DNA from: an uncultured Actinomycetes bacterium
GTDB lineage: Bacteria > Actinomycetota > Thermoleophilia > Gaiellales > F1-60-MAGs149
DNA length: 64,000 nucleotides
Reading direction: 5' to 3'
NCBI GenBank assembly: GCA_963732645.1
Contig: CAVTAC010000011.1
Coordinates: 44,278-108,277, forward strand
A program made the position numbers and the translations under genes. The notes beneath the pieces are model-generated. The model made no database searches. It was not told the DNA's origin and saw only the letters and a program-made list of their open reading frames with translations. Positions 51,596 to 63,797 of the stretch are shown piece after piece. Each line of letters starts with the position of its first letter. The stretch's first letter is position 1.

Positions 51596-53070
51596 CGGCG
51601 ATCGACGACGTGACGGCCGACAAGACCGGCGACCTGGGCGTGCCCCGCAAGTCGAGCCTGCGCGGCGCGGCGACGCTGTCGGCCGCGCAGGGCCTGTTCG
51701 TCATCGCCGGGTACATCCTCAACGTCGTCCTGGCGCGGTTCCTCGGCCCCGGCCCGTACGGCGCCTACGGCGTCGTCATCAGCCTGCTGACGATCGTCAA
51801 CCTGATGCAGACCCAGGGCGTCCCGCAGGCGCTGTCGCGGTCGATCGCCGGCGGCAGCGACGAGGTCGGCGCGTGGCGCGCCGCCCTGCGGGTGCAGGCC
51901 GTCGCGTCGACGGGCGGGCTGGTGCTGCTGGCGCTGTCGGCGCCCATCCTCGCGTCGGTGCTCGACGACGACCGGCTGGTCGCCGGCCTGATGATCGCCG
52001 CGCTGGCGGTGCCCAGCTACGCGCTGTTCGCGACCATCGGCGGCGTGCTGAACGGCCGCCGCGACTTCGTGCGGCAGGCGAAGATGAACGCGATCTACGC
52101 CGGCGCGCGCGTCGTCTGCGTGCTGGGCCTCGCCGTCGCCTTCAAGTTCAGCGGCGCCATCGCCGGCTACGCCATCGCACCGCTGATCGCCTTCGCCTTC
52201 GTGATCTCGGCCCGGCCGCGCGGCCCGGAGAAGGCCGGCTTCGACTGGCGGCCGCTGGTGCGGTTCGCGCTGCCCAACATCGGGCTGGCGCTGGCGCTGA
52301 CGGCCATCATGAGCATCGACCTGCTGTTCGTGAAGGGGATCATCCCCGACGACGAGATCGCCGGCATCTACGCGGCCGCGCAGAACGCCGCCCGGCTGAC
52401 GTACTTCATCATCATCCCGGCCGGCATCGTGCTGTTCCCGGCCATGGCCGAGGCGATGGCGTCGGGCGACAAGGTCCGCCAGCGCATCCTCGCCGGCGAC
52501 GGCATCGAGGGTGCCGTGGCGGTCGTGCTGGTGATCGTCGCGGTCATGGCAGGCGCGCGGGTGCCGCTGCTCGACCTGGCCTTCGGCGACGCCTACGAGG
52601 GCGCCGCGACGGCGTTCGAGCTGCTCGCCCCGGCCCTCGGCTGCCTGGCGCTGTCGTACACGCTGGCGTCGCTGCTGACCGGCTCCGGCCATCCGCAGCC
52701 GCCCATGAAGATCGCCGCCTCGGCGCTGCTGGTGCAGGTGATCGTCGAGTACCCGCTCACGAAGTCCTACGGCATGACCGGCGCCGCGCTGGGCACGCTG
52801 ATCGCCGCCTCGGGGTGCCTGGCCGGGCTGGTGGTGATGGTGCGCCGGCGCCTCGGCACCGTCGGCGACCCGAGCCGCCTGCTGCGCTTGCTGCTGGCCG
52901 CGGCCGGAGCGTTCGCCGTCGCCTCGCAGGCGTCGTCGAAGACCGACGTGATCCCGGTCTGCGCCGCGGCGACGGTCGCCTACGTCGTGCTGGTCATCGC
53001 GCTGCGGGTGGTTCCGCGGCGGCTGCTGCGGGCACATCGGCCGACCGCGGCCGGACCCGACGCGCCATGA
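51592..53070 (+). CDS. Polysaccharide flippase (Wzx-like)
   Basis: LARFLGP..YG, D.L.VK, AGIYAAA, YG..GAA; many TM helices; TTGA overlap. Confidence 0.85.
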   Translation: MTAIDDVTADKTGDLGVPRKSSLRGAATLSAAQGLFVIAGYILNVVLARFLGPGPYGAYGVVISLLTIVNLMQTQGVPQALSRSIAGGSDEVGAWRAALRVQAVASTGGLVLLALSAPILASVLDDDRLVAGLMIAALAVPSYALFATIGGVLNGRRDFVRQAKMNAIYAGARVVCVLGLAVAFKFSGAIAGYAIAPLIAFAFVISARPRGPEKAGFDWRPLVRFALPNIGLALALTAIMSIDLLFVKGIIPDDEIAGIYAAAQNAARLTYFIIIPAGIVLFPAMAEAMASGDKVRQRILAGDGIEGAVAVVLVIVAVMAGARVPLLDLAFGDAYEGAATAFELLAPALGCLALSYTLASLLTGSGHPQPPMKIAASALLVQVIVEYPLTKSYGMTGAALGTLIAASGCLAGLVVMVRRRLGTVGDPSRLLRLLLAAAGAFAVASQASSKTDVIPVCAAATVAYVVLVIALRVVPRRLLRAHRPTAAGPDAP

Positions 53071-54944
53071 CCAGGTAGCCCTCGCCGAGGTCGCGGTCCA
53101 GGAATGCCCGCTGCAGCAGGTTGAAGGGCGCCATCGTCGTCGTGTTGACGACCGCGCTGACGACGCGCTTCAGCGGGACGATGTGCCCGCTGCGCGTGCT
53201 CCGCTGACGCAGGTCGTCGGCGCTGGCCGCCGACTGCGACGGGGTGACCAGCCGGCGGATCGCCATCAGGATGTTGGCCAGCGGGTAGCCGTAGCACCAG
53301 AACGTCTCGACCGCGAACCCGGTGTCACGGAGCAGGTCCTCGAGCTCGCGCCGGTCGTAGCGGCGGAAGTGGCCCGCCATCTCGTCGACGCGGGAGAACC
53401 GCTTGCGGTGCGCGGGCACCGAGAGCAGCAGGGCGCCGTCCTCGCCGAGGAAGTCGTGGATCTCGGTCAGCAGCCCGCGATCGTCCTCGACGTGCTCGAG
53501 CACCTCGAACAGCAGGACCGAGCCGGCCTTGCCGTGCAGGTCGTCCAGCGCCTCGAACCCGCCGACGCGGATCTCCGGCCGGCGATCGGCCGGCAGCGCG
53601 GCCAGCCGGGAGCGGGCGATGGCCGCAGCCGAGGCCGAGAAGTCGGAGCCGACGGCGACGAACCCGCTGCGCGCGACCTCCTCGAGCACGGCGCCGGACC
53701 CGTAGCCGAGCTCGACGACCGGACGCGACCGGTCGAGCCGCGGCAGCAGGTCGTTGCGCAGCAGGTCGAAGCGCAGCAACCAGCGCGGCGGGCGCACCCA
53801 CCGGGTCGGAGGCGTCTCGGCGAGCAACGCGACCAGCTCGCCGCCGATGGCCTTGGGCGAGAAGCTGCGGTCGAAGCGGCGACCGGCCGCGACGCCCAGT
53901 GCCGCGACCCGTTCGTGGTCGGCCGACAGGCGCAGCAGCGCGGCCGCAAGCGCCTCGCCGTCGCCGGCGGGCACGTACTCGGCGGCGTCACCGAACGCCG
54001 CCCGCATGGTCGGCGTGTCGGCGGTCACCACCGCTCGGCCGACGGAGGACGCCTGGTACGCCTTGTTCGGCACCACGCGCTGCGCCTTGCCCGACGTGCC
54101 GAACACGCCCAGCGCGACGTCGTGCTCGGCGACGAGGCGACCGAGCTCGTCGTAGGGCACCCAGTCGCGCACGTCCAGCCCGGGCCGGGGCTTGACGATC
54201 CGGTCGAACGCGGGCCGGTCCTGGCCCGTGCCGACGATGGTGAAATCGATCGGCGCGTCGGCCAGCCGGGTGATCGCGTCGGCCACGACACCCGTGCCCT
54301 GCAGCGGCACGAAGGTGCCGACGAACAGCACGCGCAGCCGCCCGCGCCGGGTTGGGTGCGACGCGCGGGAACGCCGCGGTATCGGCGCTGACCGGCACGA
54401 CGGCGAGGCGCTCGCGCGGAATGCGCAGCTCGTCGGCCATGAAGTTGATCTGCTCCGCGGTGTCGACCAGCGCGGTCCGGCAGGACCGGGCGGCGAGGCG
54501 GTCGAGCATGCGGGCGAGGCGCGCGCGGGCGCTGCCCGGGTGCAGCTCGCGCCGGTCGAGCACGACCGTGTCGTAGATCGACAGCATCATGTCGAGCACG
54601 ACGCGGTCGCGGCCGGCCAGCAGTCGCGCGAGCAGGACGTCGAGGTGGCCGAAGTAGCCGACCAGAACCACGTCGTGCTCGGGCGCCCGGCGATACGCGC
54701 GGGCGAGCCGCCACCACGCATGGCCGAGACGCCAGAGGGTGCGCGGGGCGAGCGGGTTGCGCGCCAGCGCGACCTTCTCCTCGGTGCGCCCGGGCCAGGC
54801 CGACTCCTGCACCTCGAACACCTCGGCACCGGCCGACCGGAGCGCGGCTTCGAGGTTCGCGATGCGCGGGTGCAGCTCGCGATCGTAGGTGCCGAAGAGA
54901 CAGACGCGAAGTGCGGGGACGTCCGCCGTCGGGTCGGTTGCCAC
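52994..54944 (-). CDS. GT4 glycosyltransferase fused to a class I SAM methyltransferase (frameshift ~54345)
   Basis: FGTY, F.G.F.PLQG, LGVFGTS.K..RVVPNK, then in the same frame VVELGYGSG, FEVLEHVEDD, SVPAH, GHFRRY. Confidence 0.82.
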
Positions 54945-55044
54945 GGGTGGATTCTACGGTCCGCACCCGAACGGGCGGGGCACACCGCCCGCCGACGCCG
55001 TCCGGCCGCCGGGGTGCGTCCAGCATTTATGCTGGGCGCTGCGC

Positions 55045-55876
55045 GTGGAGAGAGTCACCGAACCCGACGACGACGCCCCGCTCGAGGAGTGGCTCGTCTA
55101 CCTGCTCCACGTCGCCACGTACCGGTGGGCCGAGCCGTACGCGCGCGGGCAGCGCGTGCTCGATCTCGGGTGCGGCACCGGGTACGGGATCGCGTCGCTG
55201 GCGGGCGTCGCGACGCAGGCGGTCGGGGTCGACGTCGCCGCCGAGGCGATCGACTTCGCGACGCGCACGTACGGCTCCGACGGCGCCGAGTACCACCTGG
55301 TCGCCGATCCGAGCCGGGTCCAGCTCCCCTTCGCGGCCGGGTCGTTCGACGTCGTGCTCTCCTTCCAGGTCATCGAGCACCTCGAACGACGGGCCGCGTA
55401 CCTCGCCGAGGCGGCGCGGGTGCTCGCACCGGGCGGGGTGCTGCTGCTGGCGACGCCCGACCGCGCCACGCGGCTGTACGGCCGGCAGCGCCCGTGGAAC
55501 CGGTTTCACCTCGCCGAGTACGACGAGGCCGGCCTGCGCGCCGACCTCGCCGGCAGCTTCGCGAGCAGCGAGATCGCGGGGATGACGCTGGCCCCCGGCC
55601 TCGTCGAGCACGAGATGGCCCGGATGCGGCAGGCGCAGGTCATCACCCTGCCGTTCACGTTTCCGGGCGCCCCGGAGCGATGGCGGCAGGCCGGCCTCGG
55701 CCTGCTCGCACGGGCGGCCGAGTACCGCGCCGGGCGGCGACCGCCGCCGGCCGGTGCGCGAACGCCCGACGGTCGATGCCGTCGAGATCAGTGACGGCGC
55801 GACGCCCCGGATCTGCCTGATGGCGATCGCCCGCACGCCCGGCCCGGCCGACGGCGGCGCGCACCGCGCGCCGTGA
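55045..55876 (+). CDS. Class I SAM-dependent methyltransferase (frameshift ~55750)
   Basis: H..TY, VLDLGCGTGYG, FQVIEH, TP, N.FH..EY. Confidence 0.88.
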
Positions 55877-57584
55877 CGACCGACGCCGTGCCCGCATCGT
55901 CGCGGCGGCTGTGGCCGACGCCGGGGCTGCCGCTGCTGGCCGCCGTGCTGGTCGGAGCGTGGCACCTGCTGCTCGCCTCGCGCATGACGGCGCCGATCAT
56001 CATGGCCGACGAGTACGGCTACCTCGGCGCGGCCCGTCGCATCGTCGGCGACGTGGGTCAGACGCACGTGCCGTACCACGCCGGCGCCGGCCTGCTGTAC
56101 GTGCCGGCGGCGCTGCTGGGCGACGGGCCGCTCGGGGTCTATCGCGGCGCCCTCGCCACCAATGCCGTGCTGGCGGCGCTGCTGGCCCTGGCCGCGTGGT
56201 GGGCGGCCGGGCTGTTCGAGCCGCTGCGGCGCCCGCCGGTGCGATTCGCGGCCACGCTCGCGGTCGGGCTGTACACCTCGTTCGTGGGCTACTCCGGCCT
56301 GGGCGCGCCGGAGGTGGCGTTCGCGGCGCTGGAACTGGCGCTGCTGGGCGTGTTCGCCCGCGCACTGCGGGGCGGGCGGGCGGCGTGGTGGGCGCTCGCG
56401 AGCACGGGCTGCGCCGCGGCGTGGCTGCTGCACCCGCGCGGCGCGGGCGTGATCGCCGCCGGCCTGGTCGTCGCCTTCGTGGCGCTGCGGCCGTCGCGGC
56501 TGCACGGGAGCGAGATCACCGCGTTCCTGTCGCCGCTCGTCGTCGGGCTGCCGCTGATCACGTGGCTCGACGACTGGGTGTCCGGGACGGTGGTCGACCC
56601 GGAGCAGTACGACTCGGGCGCGATCTTCTCCGACCTCGCCACCGCGCACGGCGTCAAGATGGTGGTGATCACGGCCTTCGGCCAGTTCTTCTACCTGAAC
56701 GCCGCCACGCTCGGTCTGGTGACGCTGGGCGGGCTGGCCCTCTGGCGACGGCTGCGGTCGACGGCTGACGACCGGCTGGTGGCGCTCTACCCGCTGGCCG
56801 CGATGGCCTTCGTGTTCGCCATCTCGGTCGCGACCAACGCACGCTCGACGCGGGCCGACCACCTGCTGTACGGCCGCTACAACGAGGGCGCGATCGCGCC
56901 GCTGCTGCTGGCCGGGTGCGCGGTGCTGGCGGCAGCGAGGCCGTCGCGCTGCGGCGGCTGTACGTCGCCGTGGCGGGCGGCGTCACCCTGGCGTCGGCCG
57001 CGATCTTCTACGGCCTCGCGGGCAGCGGCCGGCTGCACGGCCTCTACTTCCTGGTGACGGTGCTCGGCATCGATCCGATCAGGCGCCGCATCGGCTGGCC
57101 CGACCCGCTGCTGATCGCGGCCGCCGTGTTCGTGCTGATCTGCCTCGTGGCGGCCGTGCGGCGGTTCGGGCGCGTCGCGCCGATCGCGCTGGCCACCCTC
57201 GTGTTCGTCGTGTTCGGCGTCAAGAACACGCGCGACTTCTTCCAGCCCGAGTCGCGCAACCGCGCGCAGGAGCACGTGCTGGCCGACGTCCTGAACGGCC
57301 TCCGCGCACAGCAGCCGCTCGGCTGCGTCGCCTACGACAAGACGACCGAGAGCTTCTTCCACCGCTGGAACTACGAGTACCTGGCGCCGTCCCGCTACGT
57401 GGTGTTCGTGCCCGGGAGGACGCCGCCGTGCGGCGATCTGGTGATCTCGGCCGCCGCGTTCGGCGCCGCGAATCCCGGTGCCCGGGCGCTCGCCACCGAG
57501 ACGCGTGCAGCGCAGGTGCTGTGGGTGCTGCCCGGCGCGCGGCAGGACCGCCTGGCCGCAGCCGGGGCGTTCCCGGCCGGCTGA
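55873..57584 (+). CDS. GT-C-like polytopic membrane protein (paralog B; frameshift ~56940)
   Basis: PIIMADEYGY, HPRG, LLYGRYNE, CVAYD, LWVLPGA.QD.L; colinear with the 43025-44692 product. Confidence 0.72.
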
Positions 57585-57628
57585 ACGTCGCGCTCCCGGC
57601 GGCGGGCGAGCCGTGCGCCGGTCGTAGA

Positions 57629-59679
57629 ATGGCCCCCGATGGTCGCCTCGGATCACCGCAGCGAAGCCGTGCGGCCGCGTTGATCGCCACCCTTGCGATC
57701 GTCCTCCTGGCCTGGGCCGCATGTCTCCTGCCCGGTCTGCCCGCCGCCTATCTGGCCGCCGGTCGCGACCGGCCGCTGCCGGTGCTGGTGGTGCAGGCCG
57801 GGTTGTACGGCGCGGCCTGGTACACGAGCCTCACGCTGCTCCTCGCCGCGACCGGTCACTTCGGCCTCGGCCCGCTGTTCCTGCTGACGGCGGTCGCCGT
57901 GGCGGTGCTCGCCGGGCTGGTCCTGCGACGAGGCCGGCCCGAGCTGCGATGGCCGCGGATGGACCTTGTCGCGCTCGGTCTCGTGGCGGTGCTCGTGGTC
58001 GGCCTGATCGCGCGTTCGACGAACGTCGTGGACGCACTGCTGTGGATCGGCGACCCCGGCGCGTACACCAACTACGCGTGGCGCGGTGCCGTCACGGGGC
58101 GGCTGACCAGCCCCCTGACCGCGGTGCCGTCGGCCGTGATGATGCCCTTCGTCGCCGCGTTCGGCATCGACAGCGCCGCCGCCGCGATGGCGTTCCTGGC
58201 CTCGCTCACCCTGACGGCCGTGCCGGCCGCCGCCTGGGGGCTCGGCGTGAGCCGGCGCGCCGCCCTGGTCGTGACGGCCGCGGCAGCCGTCTGCGTGACG
58301 CCGGTCTGGTACGCACGGATCGCGTCGGCCGAGACCCCGTACGTGACGTTTCTGGCACTGTCCTGCTCGAGCTCGCGCTGCTGCACCGGTCGCAGCGGGC
58401 GATCGGCGTCTTGCTGGCGACGACCGCCGGAGCGGCGCTGATGCAGGCCACGCGGGCCGACAGCATGCGCCTGGTGGCCGCGTGCCTGGCGTTCGCGGCG
58501 ATCCGCGGGCTGGTGGCGCCGACGCGCGCGGGACGGCGCGAGGCGGGCTGGGCGGCCGCGGTCGTGGCCGGCACGGGGCTCGGCTACGCCTTCGACGCGT
58601 GGCAGTCGAACGCGTACCTGACCCGCCAGTTCGACGCCGTGGCATCGCTGACGAACCGGATCCGCGACGCCGGCCTGCTCGAGGTCTCGGTGCAGCTCGT
58701 GCTCGCCGTCGTGGCCCTGGCGGCGATCACGTATGCGATCGGCGCCGGAGCAGCGCACTGGAGCACCGCCGAGGGCCGGCCGCGCGCCGGCCGGGTGACG
58801 GCGGTCCTGACGGCGATCGCCGCGCTGGTCGGCCTGTACGGCGCCACCGTCTCGCGCAGCTACCTGCTCGACGCCGGCGGCCGCTTCGGGATCCTGCTGA
58901 TCGTGCTCGCCGTGACGGGCTTCGTGATCGGCTTCGGCCGGCCCGACGCGACGGGCGCCGTGACGGTCGCCTGCTCGCTGTTCGCGCTCATCGGCGCGCT
59001 GCAGGCCGGGCACCAGTTCTACGGGCTCTCGACCAACCACGCGTGGTTCCTGTACTGGGACCGCTACCTGTTCTCGGGAGCCTTCCTGCCCTTTCTCCTG
59101 CTGTCGGTGATCGGGGCCGACCGGCTCCTGCAGATCCGATTCGTCGTCCGGCACCCGGCCGTCGGATGGGTCGCGGCGGCTGCCGGAATCGCGCTGCTGG
59201 TGCCGACGACGGTCAAGGCATCCCGCGACACCCTCGTCGGCCGCAGTGCCGACCAGCTGCAGCAGCTCGAGCGCCTCACCGCCCCCGCGCCGATCGTGTG
59301 GTCGGTCCTGCACCCGTTCGAGGGGTCGTTCTATCCCAACACCGTCGATCCGTGGACGAACAGCCTGAGGGTCGGGTTCGACCATCCGGTCCTGAACCCG
59401 CCGGCGACGGCCTTCGCACCCGATACCGCGGTCACGTTCGAAGCCGCGACGGCGCTGGCGGCGAAGGCCGGCGCGCGCCAGGTCGCGGTCGTCGAGGCGA
59501 CGACCCCGGACGCACCGCCGGCCCACCCGCCGCAGGGCTCGACCGGAGAGTGGCGGTGGACCTACGCCGGGCGGTCCGACGCCGAGATCCCGGTACTGCC
59601 GAAGCGCGACCACCAGGCGGAGAGCTGGCGGACGTTCGACGCCGTCTTCGACGTCTGGCAGCTCGAGCGCACCGCCTGA
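57629..59679 (+). CDS. GT-C-like polytopic membrane protein (frameshift ~58360)
   Basis: GDPGAY loop motif, WYAR...AET, WDRY, large C-terminal extracytoplasmic domain. Confidence 0.65.
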
Positions 59680-59697
59680 CCCCCGGAGCGGCGGTGC

Positions 59698-62094
59698 TCA
59701 GGCGCCGATCGAGACCCGTTCGACCGCGACGCCCGGCCCGACGGTCAGCGGCGGGCGCACGACCTCGAACGCGACGCTGACCGGCGCGGACGGCGCTGCG
59801 GGCAGCGTGAACGTCCGCTCGGTGACGGCCGCGTCCAGCACCAGCCTGCCGACCTCGATCCCGTCGGCCCGCACGACGACGGTGGCGCCGGGCTCGTCGG
59901 GCGCGCCCATCTTGATGCGGAGCGTCGTGCCCGTCCCGGGGCCGACGAGGACCGCACCCGAGAGTCCCGTCGAACGCGTCGAGCCCTTGATGCGGCCGAA
60001 CCCGGTGACGAGCTCCGGCGCCGCCTCGGCGAGCAACAGCGTGTCGGGAGCAGACGCGGCGCTCTCCGCGGCGGGCAGCACCCGGAACACGCCGAGCAGC
60101 GCGGGGACGAGGTGCGACCGGTGCGGCATCGCGTTGTCGGGCTGGTCGAACTCGGTGATCGCGAAGCGCGACGAGCCCACGGGCTCGACCCGCACCCGCG
60201 TCAGGTCGAGCGCCGGCAGCACCTCGTCGCCCACCAGCAACCGCACGTCGGATCGACCGGCGATGTCGGCCAGCCAGTCGGCGGGCGGGCCCGTGTCGAG
60301 CCGGCCGACGATACCGAGCAGCGGTTCGCTGTGCCAGATGACGAGGCCGATCCCGACGCGGTTCCGGACGATCTCGCCCGGGCCCGCGAGAATGGTGTCG
60401 GCGCCACGGAGCAGGGCATCGGCGCGCTCGAGTCCGGTCGCGCTGCCCGAGAACTCCACGTGCCGGTAGACCGGCCGCAGGTCGTCGACCTGGTGCACGA
60501 CCGAGATCGCGAGGACGACCGCCAGCGCACCGACCGCGGGCACGCGCAACCGGCCGCGCATGGCCAGGGCCGCCGACAGCAGACAGCCCGTGAGGATCGC
60601 GAAGGCGGGGATCGGAACCGCGATGAATCGCCGGATGCCCCAGAACTGGTCGGGGAAGATCAGCGGGCTGCGGCCGAAGTACGCCGTCAGCATCGCGGTC
60701 AGCACCACCAGCGGCGCGACGCGCAGGAGCCGGTCGTAGCGCAGGCCCTGGGCGACCAGGACGATCATCCCGGCGCCCGCCGCGACCACCGCAGCGGACG
60801 AGAGGTACATCCGCAGCCAGCGCACGCCGAGGAAGTCCTGCTGGTAGGCCACCACGGCGTAGCCGATCACGGCGACGGCGACGGCGACGGCCACCACCCG
60901 GCCGAGCACCACCGCGTTGCGCTCGATCGCCCGGCCGGCGAGGGCGCGGATCGCCAGGCCCGCGCCGATGGCGATGACGCCGAGTGCCAGGACGCCGGCG
61001 AGCCAGAACAGGAGGGAGCGATCGGTGTGGAACGCCGCGGCGACGATGTCGCCGACGTAGCGCCGGCCGCGCAACGCGGTGTAGCCGATCGCGAGCAGCA
61101 TCATCCCGGCGAAGGCGCCGGCGAACGACCAGACGCGGCGGTTGGTCCGGCCGACGACGATCAGCCAGACGATCACCACCACGGCGCCGGCGGCGATCAG
61201 GAACGCATCGGGCCGGGTGAAGAGGCTGGCGCCGGCCAACAACCCGCCGAGCACCGCCGCGCCCGTCGACTCCTCGTCGTGCGCGACGACCCAGAGCCAG
61301 ACGCCACCCAGGACGAGGGTCGTGTTGAGCGTCTCGGTCATCGGCATCCGCGCGTACCAGAACCAGGCCACGTCGGTCAGCAGGAGGAGCGCCACTACCG
61401 CACCGGCGAACGAGCGTCGCTCCCGCGCGAGCCGCATCGCCAGGAGCGCGGCCGCCAGGAGGCCGAGCGCGGAGATGACGACGATCATCCACAGCCCGGC
61501 GTCGCCCGAGACGGCACCGGCCGGCGCCAGCAGCGCCGGCATCAGATGGAAGCCCTGGGGCGTGGCCCAGTTCGAGGCCGGGTCGTCGAGGTAGAAGCCG
61601 GGAGCGATGTCGTTGGCCGTGACCGCCGCCCGCGCGGATGGCGGAACCGACTCCAGGGGCGGCCAGAGGAAGTGCAGCGACCCGTGGTCGCGGATCACCT
61701 CGCCCGTCGCCGTGTACGTGCCGTAGTCCCGCCCGCCGACCAGTGCCGGGAACGCAGGCAGGGCAAGGACGAACAGGACCACCACTGCTCCGACGACGAC
61801 CAGGTCGCCCCACAGGCCCGCGATCGCCGCGGGTTCCGGCGGACGGCGGCGCGCGAGGACCTCCAGTGCCGCCCACGCGGCCAGCAGGATGCCGCCCAGC
61901 AGCCACGCATTCCACACGCCCGCCACGGCAAGGGCAAGGGAGACCAACGCGACGATGGCCAGCCCCGCCAGCAGTGCGACGCCGAGGCGCTCGAGTCGCC
62001 GCAGGGCCGCTGGACGCAGCGGGAGCGTCGCCACCGTGCCCAGACGGGTCGTCGCGACCGATGCCAGCACGGGCAGGAGCACCGATCCGAGCAC
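59698..62094 (-). CDS. GT-C-like (PMT/GT39-type) polytopic membrane protein
   Basis: GRDYGTY..TG, WYAR.PMTE, RPD, W..RRF; TAGTAT -10 directly upstream. Confidence 0.72.
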   Translation of the reverse strand: MLGSVLLPVLASVATTRLGTVATLPLRPAALRRLERLGVALLAGLAIVALVSLALAVAGVWNAWLLGGILLAAWAALEVLARRRPPEPAAIAGLWGDLVVVGAVVVLFVLALPAFPALVGGRDYGTYTATGEVIRDHGSLHFLWPPLESVPPSARAAVTANDIAPGFYLDDPASNWATPQGFHLMPALLAPAGAVSGDAGLWMIVVISALGLLAAALLAMRLARERRSFAGAVVALLLLTDVAWFWYARMPMTETLNTTLVLGGVWLWVVAHDEESTGAAVLGGLLAGASLFTRPDAFLIAAGAVVVIVWLIVVGRTNRRVWSFAGAFAGMMLLAIGYTALRGRRYVGDIVAAAFHTDRSLLFWLAGVLALGVIAIGAGLAIRALAGRAIERNAVVLGRVVAVAVAVAVIGYAVVAYQQDFLGVRWLRMYLSSAAVVAAGAGMIVLVAQGLRYDRLLRVAPLVVLTAMLTAYFGRSPLIFPDQFWGIRRFIAVPIPAFAILTGCLLSAALAMRGRLRVPAVGALAVVLAISVVHQVDDLRPVYRHVEFSGSATGLERADALLRGADTILAGPGEIVRNRVGIGLVIWHSEPLLGIVGRLDTGPPADWLADIAGRSDVRLLVGDEVLPALDLTRVRVEPVGSSRFAITEFDQPDNAMPHRSHLVPALLGVFRVLPAAESAASAPDTLLLAEAAPELVTGFGRIKGSTRSTGLSGAVLVGPGTGTTLRIKMGAPDEPGATVVVRADGIEVGRLVLDAAVTERTFTLPAAPSAPVSVAFEVVRPPLTVGPGVAVERVSIGA

Positions 62095-62150
62095 GCGCCC
62101 ATACTAGTTGGGGCGAAGCGGGACGACGCCGCCTCGCGGGCGTGCAGCGC

Positions 62151-62865
62151 CTAGAGGTCGGCGCGCTTCAGGGCCCGCGTGCTGCCGGCCAGCAGCAGGG
62201 CCGAGCCGGCCAGCAGCACGGCGATCGCCGTGGCCGACGAGACCGCGGGCACGTTCAGCGGCGGCGCGACGTCGAAGCCGCGGTGGGCGATCACCTTGGC
62301 GTAGGCCGCGATCGAGAGCCGCGAGGCGGAGGCCGCGAAGCTCGCGATCGACCCCTCCCAGAGCAGCACGTAGAGCACGCCGGCGAGGATGCCGTGCCGG
62401 ATCGACAGCGACAGCAGCACCGACAGCGCCGCATACGCCGCCGCCGCGAGCACCACCGCGAGCAGGGTCGAGACGACGCCCTTGGCGCCGACCGCGCCGG
62501 GGACGATCGTGACCGCGAGCGCCGACGGCAGGATCAGCAGTACCGAGACCGCGGTGGTCGCCGATCCACGCGGCCACCACGATCTTGAACCGCGCCAGCG
62601 GCGTGGCGACGATGTAGAGGATCGTCCCGTCCTCGCGGCCCTCGCCGATCGCGCTCGCACCGAGCACGACGGTCACCAGCGCGAGGATGACGGGCAGCAG
62701 CAGTCGTTCCACGATGCGGGCCGTGAACCGGTCCGGGTTGTCGACCGTGTCGAGCGCGGTCGCGACGATCACGACGAGGCCCGGCATCAGCGCCAGCGCC
62801 AGCAGCGCGAGCACGCGCCGGCGGCCGGCCAGCGAGCGCGCGAACAGCACCGCCAGCGGAATCAC
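62151..62865 (-). CDS. ABC transporter permease (frameshift ~62565)
   Basis: E..EDGTILY..ATP..R..I, G.LYVLLWEG; hydrophobic. Confidence 0.82.
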
Positions 62866-63797
62866 CGCGCGGCTCCCCGGGCCCGGGCGTGCAGGTACGC
62901 GTAGACGCTCTCCAGGTCGTCGCCGACCGGCTCGACGCGCGAGACCGTGATCGACCGCTCGCGGGCGATGTGCGGCAGCTGTCGCGCCAGCGCGTCGGGG
63001 TCGGGCGTCTCGAGCAGCGCGCCGCCGTCCTGCAGGCGCACGGCGTCGGCCAGGCCGGCGCCGACCAGCGCCTGGGCCAGCTCGCGCGTGCCCGTGCCGG
63101 CCTCGACGCGCACGCTGCGCGGCCGGTCGGCGATCAGCGCGCGGATGCTCGCCGTCTCGCCCTCGGCCACCAGGCGGCCGTTCACCAGCACGACGACGCG
63201 CGGCGCCATGCGCTCCACCTCGTGCAGCACGTGGGAGGAGACGATCACGGTCTTGCCCTCGTCGCCGAGGCGCTGGACGAGCTCGACGAACGCGCGGCGG
63301 CGGGCCGGGTCGAGGCCGTTCAGCGGCTCGTCCAGCAGCAGCACGTCGGGGTCGTGCGCCAGCGCCTGCGCCAGCTTGACGCCCTGCCGCATGCCCTTCG
63401 AGAAGCCGGCCAGCTTGCGGTCGGCGACCTCGTCGAGCCCGACGGTCTGCAGCGCCCGGTGCGCGGCGGCGTCGGGGTCGGCCACGCCGCGCAGCCGGGC
63501 CAGCAGCGACACGGCGCCGTGCGCCGTCAGGAAGGGCCACAGCCCGTCGCCGTCGGGCACCAGGCCGACGCGGCGGAACACCTCGGGCTCGCGGCGCGGG
63601 TCGGAGCCGAGAATGCGGACGCTGCCGCGGCTCGGCGACGTGAAGCCCGCCAGCAGCCGCAGGACGGTCGTCTTGCCGGCGCCGTTGTGCCCGAGCAGGC
63701 CCGTCACGCCCGGCCCGGCCGCGAACGACACGTCGGCCACCGCCACGCGGTCGCGGAACCAGCGCGAGACGCCGTCGACCACCACCGCGTCGGTCAT
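62862..63797 (-). CDS. ABC transporter ATP-binding protein
   Basis: GHNGAGKT, FSKGMRQ, LLLDEPLNGLDP, VSSH. Confidence 0.93.
   Translation of the reverse strand: MTDAVVVDGVSRWFRDRVAVADVSFAAGPGVTGLLGHNGAGKTTVLRLLAGFTSPSRGSVRILGSDPRREPEVFRRVGLVPDGDGLWPFLTAHGAVSLLARLRGVADPDAAAHRALQTVGLDEVADRKLAGFSKGMRQGVKLAQALAHDPDVLLLDEPLNGLDPARRRAFVELVQRLGDEGKTVIVSSHVLHEVERMAPRVVVLVNGRLVAEGETASIRALIADRPRSVRVEAGTGTRELAQALVGAGLADAVRLQDGGALLETPDPDALARQLPHIARERSITVSRVEPVGDDLESVYAYLHARARGAAR

Noticed and set aside
50422..53070. Apparent 882-aa WcaJ-flippase fusion
   Set aside because: The WcaJ catalytic domain continues in another frame to 51595 and the flippase starts at 51592.
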